This document shows positions 47,815 to 60,726 of a DNA stretch of 64,000 nt, piece after piece. The stretch lies in contig JAQGDQ010000632.1 in NCBI GenBank assembly GCA_030141605.1, positions 58,316 to 122,315 on the forward strand. Reading direction: 5' to 3'. The DNA comes from Tubiluchus corallicola (Eukaryota > Animalia > Priapulida). The notes beneath the pieces are model-generated. The model saw only the letters and a list, made by a program, of their open reading frames with translations, ran no database searches and was not told where the DNA came from. The stretch's first letter is position 1; each line of letters begins with the position of its first letter. A program made the translations under genes and the position numbers.

Positions 47815-48475
47815 AGAGTTGCAGTTGTAATTCTAATGGTCTTCACTCAAAAAAAAGAACAAATCTGAAACTCTGACCTAAAGATATTATAAACTTACCA
47901 GTACATATCACATCTTAGGCCAGTTGCATTTGTTGTAATTCTAGTAATATCTATTCAAAAACGTACCAAAACGTGAAACTGTGATCTAAACATGTTATAA
48001 ACCTACTACTGTGGTATATATCATACCTTAGGCCACTTGTAATCGCTGTAATTCTAATAATCTCTGTGCAAAAGCGTATTAAAAATGTGAAATTATGTAC
48101 TAAAAATATACTTATCCGTACATATCACACTTTAAGGAAATTGCTGTTGTTGCAATTCTGGTAATCTCTATTCAAAAACGTACTAAAAACGTAAAACTGT
48201 GATCTAAAAATATTATAAACTTACTAGTATGTATCATACCTTTGGCCACTTGTAATGGCTGTAATTTTAATATCTCTGTGCAAAAACGTATTAAAAAGCA
48301 TGAAACTGTGAACTCAAAATGCTATAAACTTACTAGTTGGTATAATTATATCGCACCTTAGGCCAGTTGCAATTGTTGTAGTTCTAAGAATCACTGCTCA
48401 AAAAACGTATTAAAAATGTGAAGCTAAGAGCTAAAAATCTTATAAACTTAGAAGTGTATATCACACCTTAGGCTA
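47815..48475. repeat. ~110-bp minisatellite, ~6 copies
   Basis: cttaggcca-like anchors at ~47915, 48028, 48132, 48241, 48358, 48468. Confidence 0.88.
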
Positions 48476-49004
48476 ACAAATCCAGTAAGAGAGATCATAC
48501 CAAGGCGTTCGGCAGGAAAACTGGAATAACGACGCAAATATATAAAATTATTTTTAAAATATTTTTAAAATGATGTCATTATACAGAAGCCTAGATACGT
48601 TTTGTCATATTTTTTTAATTTTCTATTGCACATTTCTTTTGGAACACCCTGCATAATCCACTAGTACTCACCTATTGATTGAACACGAGAAATGCGCTGT
48701 AATGGAAAACAAATGATGCTAGCAATCTATGTCACCTTGACTCCTAAACAGAAATACCACCCATAGAGGAAAAATACAACGCCTAGTAGGCCCATAGTAG
48801 GATTAGATTATTCAAAATTTTAGCTGTTCTGGAAATAGATGATTACATTTTTATTACTGACTTGCAACTGCCCAATATTACTTATGTGTCATTGTCTCAC
48901 GTTTTAAACAGAATTTTGCACTATAATACAAAATTGCTCTGTTATGTATACGTTGTTCTACGTAGCATGTATTTTACTCTGTTCTACTGCCCTTCAGCTC
49001 CACC

Positions 49005-49010
49005 TTCTCT

Positions 49011-49062
<52 letters not shown>

Positions 49063-49146
49063 TCTCTCTCTCTTCTCTTTTTTGGCTTCCCTTCTCTTCT
49101 CTTCTCTTCCCTTTACTTTCCTTTCCTTTCTTTCCTTTGTCTCCTC
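49005..49146. repeat. (CT)n and CT-rich tract
   Basis: Direct reading. Confidence 0.95.
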
Positions 49147-50003
49147 TAGGCTCTTAAATTTTGCTATGGCTATCAAACGGTGACAATTTCTCATGAAAGC
49201 TGCCTACGCGCGACGTGCGGTACGTGCTCTCTGAGAAGATTACAGGTTAGCTATCATCGCTTTTTGTTGTGAATTTTGTTATAAACCAAAAAACTAGTAG
49301 AAGCACGGAACTATGCAAAAGCGTGCAACTATGCATATAAGCAACTGTGTAAGAAAACTTAGCTGCTTACATAATGTTTGATCAATGGCGATATATGCAG
49401 AAAATAGCAATTTATCTACGTCGTGTTCACAAAACGTCCCGCCGTGACAAATATTAAAATATTTGTTTTCTCATAAATAACCTGAAAAGATACGTAGGTA
49501 ACTTTGTTATTTGCGTAGGCTTGCACCTTAACCTAAAAAACAAAACAAGGCCAGCGTTCAACGATGAGTCATTTAGTGTCAATGACTCGTTGACAAGTGT
49601 TCTAAAATGTACTTTTTCTGTTGAAAACCAAACAAACAACACCATTTATGGAAATAATTTGCTAGAATTTTCTTACGTCATCCATTCAGCCTATACATGC
49701 ACGATAGTAATTAGGCGTTAATAAATACGAATTGCGGATGCATGTAGTTTTAGCTTAAACTTTAAATTGTATTTATGAGTACAATAAAAATTTGAAACAA
49801 CACATTCATGGATAGCTAAAATCATTGAGCAGTACTAAATCATTGACAAACAGGTTTATATAAAAAAGTATATAAAAGCCTCTGGCGTGAAAGCAGTGTA
49901 GTGTTATTACGTGAAATCATGTAGTTTTAACAACGTTGTTTGTTTCCAAAGCAAACGAATTGCGTTCTTTGATTAGACAGCACCTATTTTTATATTTTAA
50001 TAT

Positions 50004-50862
50004 ATATATATTATATTATGTTATGTTATGTTATGTTATGTTATGTTATGTTATGTTATGTTATGTTATGTTATGTTATGTTATGTTATGTTATGTTATG
50101 TTATGTTATGTTATGTTATGTTATGTTATGTTATGTTATGTTATGTTATGTTATATTATATTATATTATATTATATTATATTATATTATATTATATTATA
50201 TTATATTATATTATATTATATTATATTATATTATATTATATTATATTATATTATATTATATTATATTATATTATATTATATTATATTATATTATATTATA
50301 TTATATTATATTATATTATATTATATTATATTATATTATATTATATTATATTATATTATAGTATAGTATAGTATAGTATAGTATAGTATAGTATAGTATA
50401 GTATATTATATTATATTATATTATATTATATTATATTATATTATATTATATTATATTATATTATATTATATTATATTATATTATATTATATTATATTATA
50501 TTATATTATATTATATTATAATATAATATAATATAATATAATATAATATAATATAATATAATATAATATAATATAATATAATATAATATAATATAGTATA
50601 ATATAATATAATATATTATATTATATTATATTATATTATATTATATTATATTATATTATATTATATTATATTATATTATATTATATTATATTATATTATA
50701 TTATATTATATTATATTATATTATATTATATTATATTATATTATATTATATTATATTATATTATATTATATTATATTATATTATATTATATTATATTATA
50801 TTATATTATATTATATTATATTATATTATATTATATTATATTATATTATATTATATTATATA
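50004..50862. repeat. Compound pentanucleotide satellite
   Basis: TTATG 50016-50150, TTATA 50151-50360, GTATA 50361-50405, TTATA 50406-50520, ATATA 50521-50615, TTATA 50616-50860. Confidence 0.99.
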
Positions 50863-51671
50863 CTTGTTACACATTCGAAATGAATGTAGAGCTTTAGAAT
50901 ACTGAAGTCCTCTGGTCACCCATCCAGTGACCTAGCAAAATTGAAAATGCTTAACCATACATATATAGGGTCATCCTTGATAAATTCCTGTCTTACCAGC
51001 ATCTTCAGTGTTCTGCCATGCTTAAACGGTTTCATTATCTGTTATATTCCGGATATCACACCGGAAATGACGTCCCGCGTCATTGTTCTAACAAATTGAT
51101 CAAAATAATAATCTTACAATTGTAGACAGGCCTTTGAGAATTATAGCACTTTAATATAGATCTATCAATGTTGGATATAAGTTTCATGGCAGAGATTGCT
51201 AATGATAATAATTATGCTGACAAGGTATGGATATTCTCAAGGCCTATCTAACATAACGCTACCCCCCCCCCCCCCCCCCCACTGCGAACACACACGCGCG
51301 TAATGTAGGACAGCGCATCCACAGATAGGCTAAGTCGAAAATAGCAGTGAAATTGGTGACGATGTCTTTTATCTAGGACGCCCGAACTCTCTTCTGTAAA
51401 CAGCCTGGTATCAAGGGCAGTCATCGCGGAAGAACACGAAAAGTGTTGGACTCGCAAGCATGACATATCGTTTGCCCTCCTGATCTCCTTATGTTATGTG
51501 AGCTGGTAAAATACTCATCTGTTTTTTTGAGAGTGACTGTAATTTCTCACCCTTCGGCAAATACGAGAATGAAATGAGCGCTATGGTGTGACAGTGTCAC
51601 CATTATGAAGATGTTGTACCCGACAGCACTTCTGAAAATACTTCTGAAAGAAGAAATGCTTTATCTAAAAC

Positions 51672-52291
51672 TTAAGGAAGATAGGATGATCTTTCATACA
51701 CTACCTCGTTTTCAAATCCGATGGAAAGTATAAATTTTAACACAATTAATACTGCAAAAACGTTTCTGATAATTAAATAACAGATTAAAAACTTAATTAA
51801 CAGCGGGCGAGCTCAAATATTGAAGACTTCTTAAACTAACATAATTTTCAACAGCAAAAATATTCCACGAGCGTGTTGCATATGTTTGCGAAAACTAACA
51901 TTGAAGTACAGTGTGGCTACTGTAAGATATGCAGTGTCTTGTACCAAAACCAGGTTAGCTTTAAGATAAAAATTCAAATTTCAAATTTACCGCTGTACTT
52001 ATGCATCAGCTGACAAACGTGTGTAGTTCGTCAGAAAATAACACATCTGAACCGAGAGCTACAGCACCCGTTTTTCGTGCAATACGTTTCCGAAATGCAG
52101 GCGATGGTACCCGTCTAACTAGAGAATGGCAAAATGCATGTAACAGCGAAGAACTAGTGGCTCAAACGCGAAATGTTGTTTGTGTGGTAATAATACTTTC
52201 ACGTAAGCCATTTTTGAAAAAAACAGAATGTTTCCTTTCAATATCTTGAAGAGTAGGTTGTTCTGACCTACAGTTTAAGATTGGATCCGGT
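51672..52291. mobile_element. Dispersed TTAA-bounded repeat family, copy 2
   Basis: Colinear with the copies at 45687 and 59612; ends ccggttttgctttaa. Confidence 0.8.
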
Positions 52292-52864
52292 TTTGCTTTA
52301 AGATAATTATGAATGTGGAAGACGTTATGCAACCCTACAGCTGCTGAAGAAGCTTCACATGCTGTTTCACAGTTTCTTTTCGCCTTTTTCTCTGCTTTTT
52401 ACAACACGGATACATTAAATCACAGTCTTTTTTATATCTGCTGCTTCGCAAAGTGTTTGTTACTACAAGCAGTCAGCTTGTCATTACAAATGATAAAAAG
52501 TTTTAGTGCAATGTGCAAGCCATCCAAGTTTTCCAGAAATGTTAGCATCTCACATTGTCTTCCCGTACACACCACAAATAGTTTCCGGAAGCAAAGCAAT
52601 ATAAACAGTGTATTCAATGTTGTATTCTACCAGCAAACAAGAATCATCAATGTTTTACAAGAGCTATGGAGCTACATGGGCTGTTAAAAGCCACGCACTA
52701 TATTGTTTTACACAATTCATGCATTTCAGTTGTTTTTGTATAAAGAGCAAACTTTACACAAAGAGACGCAGGAAATTTCCATTAATTTCAATCTTGTACC
52801 AAGTGTTTTAATTGCATATCTATGCAAGATTTTATTACCTTTCTCAGTGCTATTGTGCTGCTGT

Positions 52865-53020
52865 CGTTATTATCATTACTCATTATCATTACTATCATCA
52901 TCAGTATCATTATTATCATCATCGTCATCGTGGTTATCATGACACCCAGCGCCATCATTATCATCAGCATCATCACCACCAGTAACATTAATTAATATTA
53001 CTCTCATCTGTATTATCATT
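52865..53020. repeat. Degenerate (CAT/TAT)n tract
   Basis: Direct reading. Confidence 0.85.
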
Positions 53021-54421
53021 TATCTGTATTTCAGACAAACAAAATGTTATATCTATACAAAGTACATAGTTATATAAGCATATATACATGTGCTTATATA
53101 CTTGCGTATCTATATATATATAGACTCATTATTTAAGTCTATGCAATATGGGGATTTTGATTAGTCATTCACATTCCGGATTTTCTTGATGTACCTAATG
53201 AAGATAAACTGATTCTTCTAATTGGGACCAATGATGTGATATTTTAAATATGTGTAACTATGAAGAATATTGCTTTACAAATTTATCATGAATTTAACTG
53301 TTAATATCTAAAGGGATGCTGCACCAATATTCTAAATTTTGTGTTATAAGGGTTTCATACATCAATGTGATGTCGTCCTATGTTTGTAAATGTGTAAATG
53401 TTTTTTTGTTTTTGTTTTTTTATAAATGCTTTAATTGTACTTTTGTGGGCACGTGTGTTATGTTAATGACTTTAACAATTTGTACTAATATTTATACAAT
53501 AAATATATCAAATATATCACAATGTTTGTATTCACATTTATATAAATATAAATTTCTTCAAGTACTCAAGTACTTGTATTACTATATTACTCAAGTTTAA
53601 AATTGTTTATATATGAAAGCATGTGACTATTTTATTTATATAGACATCATTCTTCGTAAATAAAGAAAGACTGAATGCATTTTTGCATCATTTTTATTAA
53701 TTATTCATCGAATTTCTTTAAGGCGCGTTCACGTTGCTGTTGTCACTAATCGATCAGCCTCTTCCTATTGCCAGGTCACTGACTTACCGAGCTGTGAGCA
53801 TGCAAACATCACTTCCCCTCCTTGTCGCGCGGGGTTGATATTCCCATTATGAAATCCATTTTTGTTTTCTTGTTGACCAATGAGGTAAATTTATGCCTAA
53901 ATTTGAACGCATTGAGCGCGTGTAAAGTTCGTTGACTGGCTGGCCACGTTTAATAGTTAAACTGTGGGGGTTTTCGTCAATCGTTTTGTTTACAAAGTTG
54001 TTATAAAACAATTATCGAAGGCCTTTTAAACTGCGCAAACAAACACTTGAGCTGTTTAAGTATGTATGTATTGCTACATAGGTACACAACGTACGTATTA
54101 GACGTTCACATAGGTGTGCAAAATGCCGCATTCATGCAAAAGTAAAGAAAGGAGAAACTTGGTTGCTGAGCAGTTTGGACGCCATTTTGAACTCTTATCT
54201 TTATACGTATATTTATATAAATATAAATTTATTTATACATATACATATACGGTTCAAAATGGCGTCAATTTATTTATAGAGGTGTATATAGTATATATGC
54301 ATGTGCTTATATATTTATGCTCTCTCTATATATAGACTCGTTATATAAGTCTATACGACCGGGAGATTTTAATCTGTCAATCACATAATGTTTGTATTTA
54401 TTGACATATGTATATATACAC

Positions 54422-54429
<8 letters not shown>

Positions 54430-54458
<29 letters not shown>

Positions 54459-54519
54459 TGTATGTATGTATGTATGTATGTATGTATGTATGTATGTATG
54501 TATGTATGTATGTATGTAT
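54430..54519. repeat. (TATG)n microsatellite
   Basis: Direct reading. Confidence 0.98.
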
Positions 54520-54591
54520 AAATAAATGTTTGTATTTCTACTTTTATCTTACTTTTGTATTACATTCTTTTACAAGGAAATGTCTTCACTT

Positions 54592-55972
54592 CTTTGTACT
54601 TGATTTTGATCTACATCCAGCAGCAGGATTTTGGTGCAACATAAAAATAATCTCACCAGTGCCTGTCCTTATGGCATTGAAGTGCAGGACTTAAGAGAGG
54701 ATGGACTTACTACAGTTTTGCAATGACCACTGTCCGGGATGAGGCAATGACTTTCCCTCAATCTCTACATTGTGAAAGAGCTACCTTTATGGGAAACTGA
54801 TGAAAGATTGTTACATATTCGAGAGATGAATGTAGGACTTCAGAATACTGAGATACCCTAGTCACCCATCCAACAACTTAGCAAACTTGAAGCTCCTTAA
54901 CCATAGAGATAGACTTCCTGAGCTCATAGAGATAGACTTCCCGAGCTCACGAATTTAGCCGCAGAATTAAGCTGAACACAAAAGTCGTCTAAACTCTTTT
55001 TCTAAAATGCATTACTTTGAAATAATTTTGAACAGGAAAAGGAGAGTCTTCATCCAAAGAAAATTATAATGAGAGACGGGGAAAGGAAAAAAGTCGATTT
55101 AATTATAAGCAATCGATAAATGCACTAACTTAATTGTGATCTTATCTTTCCTGCATTATATTACGTAATTCATGTTAGTTAATTTATAATTTCTGCATTG
55201 TATTACGCAAGTATCCTTAATTAATAGTTTGTGGAGTGACTATTTGGCTGAGTATCAGGCAGTTCCGAGTTCAATGCCTAGGGAAGATATTTCAGATTTT
55301 TTTCTGTCAGTGACTAACCATAAATCTAAGCAGTAGTACCTTATGGAATGCAAAATACTAGTCGAGTACATATGGTTGCCTAAAAGTTTGGCACAGATGA
55401 ATAGACAAAAATATTCAATTATCACGAATTATTATTTCAATGCTCTCCAAAATCACAGCAACTTGGTCAGTTTCACTTTTAGATCAAGGCGTAAATAGGA
55501 TAGGCCTAGCTTTGAGATCAAAGGTGTCTTAAACGAACGCGCCATTTCTGTGCTAATTTATTCGTGCCATTTATACTTGCGCTGATGGACCTTTAATTAC
55601 TTAGAAGTTCAAGCGTCTATTGTCTGCAGAACTTCACAGCGCTGAACGTGTAAGAAAATAGAAAACGCACCTTACAAGAAGGATTAAAGAGTTATATAAT
55701 CATCTTTGCGTCTATAATATGCAAGGGTTTTATTCAAAAATCTTTGCACTTTAATCTCGCAAGCTTTTTCACTTTAGCGAATGCACTTCTCTTTTCGTGT
55801 GTTTGACGTTCACTCTATCTTTTTCAAAATCTTTTTATATTTATTGTGTATTGTTTATCTGATTCAGTATGGGCCCCTGGTAGGTCTGTAATATGAAACA
55901 AAAAAGAGACCCTTGACATAATGTATGTAATAATGCATTTATAATAATAATACGCAAAAATATTTCCTATGA
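54592..55972 (+). repeat. Direct duplication, copy 1 (partner 62620-64000)
   Basis: Near-identical at offset 8028; only two differences noticed. Confidence 0.97.
54836..54910 (-). pseudogene. Degenerate 5S rRNA-like (SINE3-type) fragment; also at ~50890-50957 and ~62864-62938
   Basis: gtcacccatccaacaacttagcaaacttgaagctccttaaccatagagat resembles the reverse complement of the 5S 3' half (gtctcccatccaagtactaaccaggcccgaccctgcttagcttccgagat). Confidence 0.5.
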
Positions 55973-56603
55973 AGCAGAAGAGCCGGGAGATAACATGATG
56001 GATATAAAAAGAATTGAAAAGGTTGAAAAGTAAAGCAAAATTATATAACTGATAAACAATAGAAAGGTAACGTGCTAGAAAGAAAAGCTGAAAGAATATG
56101 AGCGGTCAAGTGTTCATCTGAATTCTTTCAAAATTATGCAACTAGGCATACGGTTTTACACAGATGTCAGTGTATTAAAAAATATGGACATAATAATTAT
56201 GTGGTTTGTCCAAATCATAATTTAACAATTGAATATCTTATCTGCCTGCATTTCTGTGGTTTCAGTCAAAAATCTAATTTATAAGTTTCGGTCCCGTAAC
56301 TGCTTGTGCTGTACTAGACTTGCAAGCAAACTCTCTTTATTCTATTTAACAAAATAACTTGCCAGAAACTTCGTAGTCGGTGGCTACAAAGTTTTCTAAC
56401 ATTTTCCATACCAGTTAAAGGGAAGAACAAAGTTAGACTATAAAAAATCCGTTTCGTTTAATAATATGTTTACAAATTAGATTCCTAGATGAATGTCGTT
56501 CACTTATTTACGTCATAAACAAATGTATCCAAAAATTTCTACTTGTTTTATGCGCATATTGTATGTTCAAGCAAAAAAAAAAGATTAAAAGCAATGGTCA
56601 AGA

Positions 56604-58428
56604 GCTATAAAACAGGGCTTAAACAAGGAGATTGTTGTGCTGCCAAACTTTCGGGTCTCGTTGGGATCTGAAAACATGTATTCTGCCCTATTAGTTCAGA
56701 TTCTAAAGAAGTAGATGCGAGTGAAAGAGACGCGAAGAAAAATTAAATAAGCAAATTAAAGCCATGAAGCCAAGTTTGGTATCTGTTGATATTCCTGAAA
56801 TTCAAACATTATACGTTTTTCGTGTTTAATTTCCTCTTGTTGTCTATATTTGCACGGTGCTTTGATAAACTATTGATATTCTCAAGGAAATGAGCAATCG
56901 AGGGCAATATGGTAATCTCGGTATTCACCCACCTATTTACCGATTAGGCTCAGTGTTGCTAAACTTTGGGTATTACGCACGCGCTGTGTCAAGCATGATC
57001 AGCTATTTTTAAACGCTCTTCGTCATTACACTCTTTCAGCGAACTTTCATTCATAATTCATTCGTAAGGAAAGCGCTTTCTTTTTAATGCTGAATTAACC
57101 ATTCACTGCAAACCGTAATTTAGCCTTCTTAGAATTGTTTGCCTTATTTTAGATTTCTCAGAGCTGGCTAATGATTCACTGCATCCCACCGCTAAGATTC
57201 CATAATCATTCCATCATACAGTACGGTACCGAAATCCCACCGCTCAGATTCCATAATTATTTCATCATACAGTACGGCACCGAAATATTGTTTACAAATC
57301 TGTTGTGTGGCGTATGAAAGGCAACGCATTACATGCCAAGGCCTGTGCTGCCAATGCGCTAGGGGACAACGGAGTTTATTGCCCTCAATTCCTAATCAGC
57401 GAAACTAGCACAATGAACGGCCCGCTTACTTTTCCTCTTTTCGCCTCAGCCGATGACGTTCTGCGCGCTGATTGGACGAAAGATTTGGCATCAGGCGTCT
57501 GTCAAGACTCGACCTCTAAAATGTCCAATATGATATTAATGGATGAAACTTGATAACTGAAGACTAAAAGAAAATGCAGTGAAACTGTACACACATGGAA
57601 AAAATGTTTTTTCATCATGAGCTATATAGACAGCAAAGGAGTGTAATTAAAACCGAATTTGAACACTGAAAAGTGCATCAGCAATAATCTACAGGATAGA
57701 GAAATTAGTGTAAGACTTGAAGAACATAAAAAGGCGCATTTATTTGTGTTGCCGGACATTGTATTAAAGGCAAAAGCTGATAAAAAAGTTAGCCGAAGAA
57801 ACAGTCTGACATTTCTGCTCTGCACTGGGAGCAAATATCGTTGGAAAACGGTAAGAAATCAAGTTTCTTTAATCTTTCTCAATTTGGTATACTGTTTGTG
57901 ATTGTGCTTGTCTTGTTTTGAAGCTGCTAACGTAAACATTGTATTATAGTTGTCATTACGTTTTTGTACAGTTATTTCTTGGTTCATAAATCTTTGATTG
58001 TTACCCCTTTGGTTACTAAACCACGTTCTTTTCAGTTATCTACCTCTGATTTAAACATAATTTATTGAAGGTGTAACATCTAGGATTGAAACAGACAGTT
58101 TTACAACTGATATATGTTCTCCCTTAGTGGGAGCAAAAAATCCATCTTTAAATTTGATTAGAGCTATAATGTGACTTTTTTATATGTTACGTACACTATA
58201 TTATTATAACATATACTTTGTTTAAATCTTACTGTTTATCTGACTATGAGAAAATTTTTAACCACGCATTTGCAATACCGGATGTTACGTCTAAACTCTA
58301 AAGCTTAGACAGTGGATGTTATAAACAGAGAAAATTTAAATTGAATTGAAAAACTAAACATTTTAAGTCTCGCAAATGAAACTTTATGTAAGACTAGTAA
58401 TGTTTGCTGTTATTTATCGTTTTTTCTA
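56604..58428 (+). repeat. Left arm of a long inverted repeat
   Basis: Reverse complement of 60727-62599; the identical 82-aa ORF occurs at 57305(+) and 61849(-). Confidence 0.97.
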
Positions 58429-59611
58429 CTGTATTTAGAGTGAAAAACTCCCCTAAAATTAGTATTAGTGATTCCACGTGATTTTGATTTCTTTTCGTTT
58501 CTTTCTATGGAAGATAATCCACTTGGTAGTTTGAAAAACTTCCTATTTCTTACTTCTTTTCTCATTGTTTTTGATTGTGGGAATTTGTGGGAATTTTAAT
58601 TAACATTTTTAATTCATTAACATTTTTTCTTTAAGAATTAATTTGTGTTATTAATTAACTACAACTATTTAATTATTTTGAGTACTGCTAAAAGGCAAAA
58701 ATGCGCATTTTTACCATTACGATAATAAGACATAGAACGTCTAATTTGACACTGGAGAGAATACGTCTTTTTTTGGATTGCGCGTTGCAAAATTAGTTTA
58801 AATGTCAGACTTGTATGAAATACGTCATAATGGAAATGCAGGTTAAATTCAGGGGATTATAATTAAACTGACAAGCAGAAAATACTTGGGCTCCCCTTGT
58901 TTTAAAAATGTATTTTTAGCGCCACTTAACTATTCTGTTTTTACAAGCAAACAATCAATATTTATTTGCTTTGATAGCTGTATATGCGCCCCAGCTCTGT
59001 TTTTACATAGCAAATAAACAAGAATTGAAAATGTAATTAGGAAAATAGATTAAAGAAAATTTCTTCTAATCATATTTTAAATTAAGTGATCTGTTGAATA
59101 GTTTAAAAAACCGTGATATTATATTTAATGTATACTTGCCTTAAATAGTGTTGAGAGTAATATCTGTGGATATGTGCATTTTTCTACTTAATATACTGTA
59201 CCACAAAAACACCCGCTACGTACTGTAGCATCGTTGTACTTAAATCCGTTCAAGAGAACTTATAAATAAATTAAAATATAATTAGACAAAGAGACACATA
59301 AACTAGTTTTGTTTAAAAGGTAATGGGTAATATTTTTGAATATTGCATATGAACTGTAAGCTTGGCAAGAGTAAAACACGTGTGCAAAAGTACTACTATT
59401 TTACCTGAACTCGTAGCATCAGAGATATTGTTCATAAAGTTCACCTTAGTCATAAAAATACGTTTTGTGGGTCCATAACATACAGACGTTTGCAGACGAT
59501 GTTGTATTTTTTTTATTTTCTAAGCTTCCCTGCCGAGGTTGTTCATTCGTTAGTTAATCGCTATTTTTTTGTTCCTCCATTTTTCTGTTCACTTATTCCT
59601 CTGTCACTTAT

Positions 59612-60191
59612 TTAAAGGAAGACAGGATGATTTTCCATATACTACCCCATTTTCAAAGCCGATAAAAAGTATACATTTTAACACGACTAATACTGCTACT
59701 GTGTTTCTGATAATTAAATCATAGATTAAAAACTTAATTAACGGCGGGCGAGCTCAACTATTGATGACATCACAAACCAACATAATTTTCAACAGCAAGA
59801 ATGTTCCACGAGCGTGTTGCACGTGTTTGCAAAAGCGAAAATTGAAGTACAGTCTACTGTAAGGAAGATATTGTAATAAAACTAGGCACGTTTTAAGATA
59901 AAAATTCAAATTTGAAATTTACCGCTGTGCTCATGCATGAGCATCAGAAACTGACACATCTGAACTGAGAGGTACGGCACCTGTTTTTTGTGCAATGCGT
60001 TTCCGAAATGCAGGCGCTAGTGCCCGTCTAACTGACGAATGGCGAAATGCATGTAACAGCGAAGAACTAGTGGCGCGAACATGAAATTGAGTTTCTGCGG
60101 TAATAATTCTTTCATAAAGTCATTCTTTAAAAAGTAGTGTTTCTTTTCAATATTTTCAAGGGTAGAGTGTTTGGGTCCGGTTTTGCTTTAA
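59612..60191. mobile_element. Dispersed TTAA-bounded repeat family, copy 3, in the inverted-repeat spacer
   Basis: ttaaaggaagacaggatg ... ccggttttgctttaa. Confidence 0.8.
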
Positions 60192-60726
60192 GGTTGCCTC
60201 AAATAGACAGCTTGCTTCTAATAAAATTTGATGACTGACAAATTAACTGCATAAAATTGTGATGTTTGGTAGACTGACTGAATATGTGGTTGGTTAGATG
60301 GTAGCAGATTAGTTGGTTGAGAATTTTGCAAGCAAAATGACTAACTAACTAAATGACCAGTCAGAAAGATCCAAACAATTTAACTGAGAGAAAGTGACCG
60401 AATAATTCATTGTTTGCGTGGCTGGGGAGTTATTGTTTGACTCATTTACTTGCTAGCTGGCTGATTGATTAAACAGTTGCTTCCTATGGTGATTGATTGA
60501 CTGGCTGGTTGTCTAACTGACTGATCGAATAACTGACTCATTTGTGTCAACTTTACTATTGACTAAAGAACTCATTGAATCATTGTATTATACTAGCTTA
60601 TTGCTTCCCTGTTTGTATTTTCATTGATTCGTTATCCGTTAAAGATTTTGTATAAATTGAACTCTAACTGACTTAAAGAATGATAAGAGGCGAGAAAGAA
60701 AAAAGCATGAGAGAACATAGAATATA

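Noticed and set aside
47815-48475. CRISPR-like appearance of tandem arrays (also 5260, 22965, 61868)
   Set aside because: Whole units repeat with no unique spacers, there are no cas genes, and the context is eukaryotic.
48862-49194. SLSLSL / ERERER ORFs (also 39776-39995, 44217-44459, 54392-54694)
   Set aside because: Microsatellite translations.
49936-50371. ORFs reading (MLCYV)n(YYIIL)n
   Set aside because: Translations of the pentamer satellite in all three frames.
55225-55290. tRNA-like B-box (gagttcaatgcc)
   Set aside because: No cloverleaf can be folded; at most a decayed SINE head.
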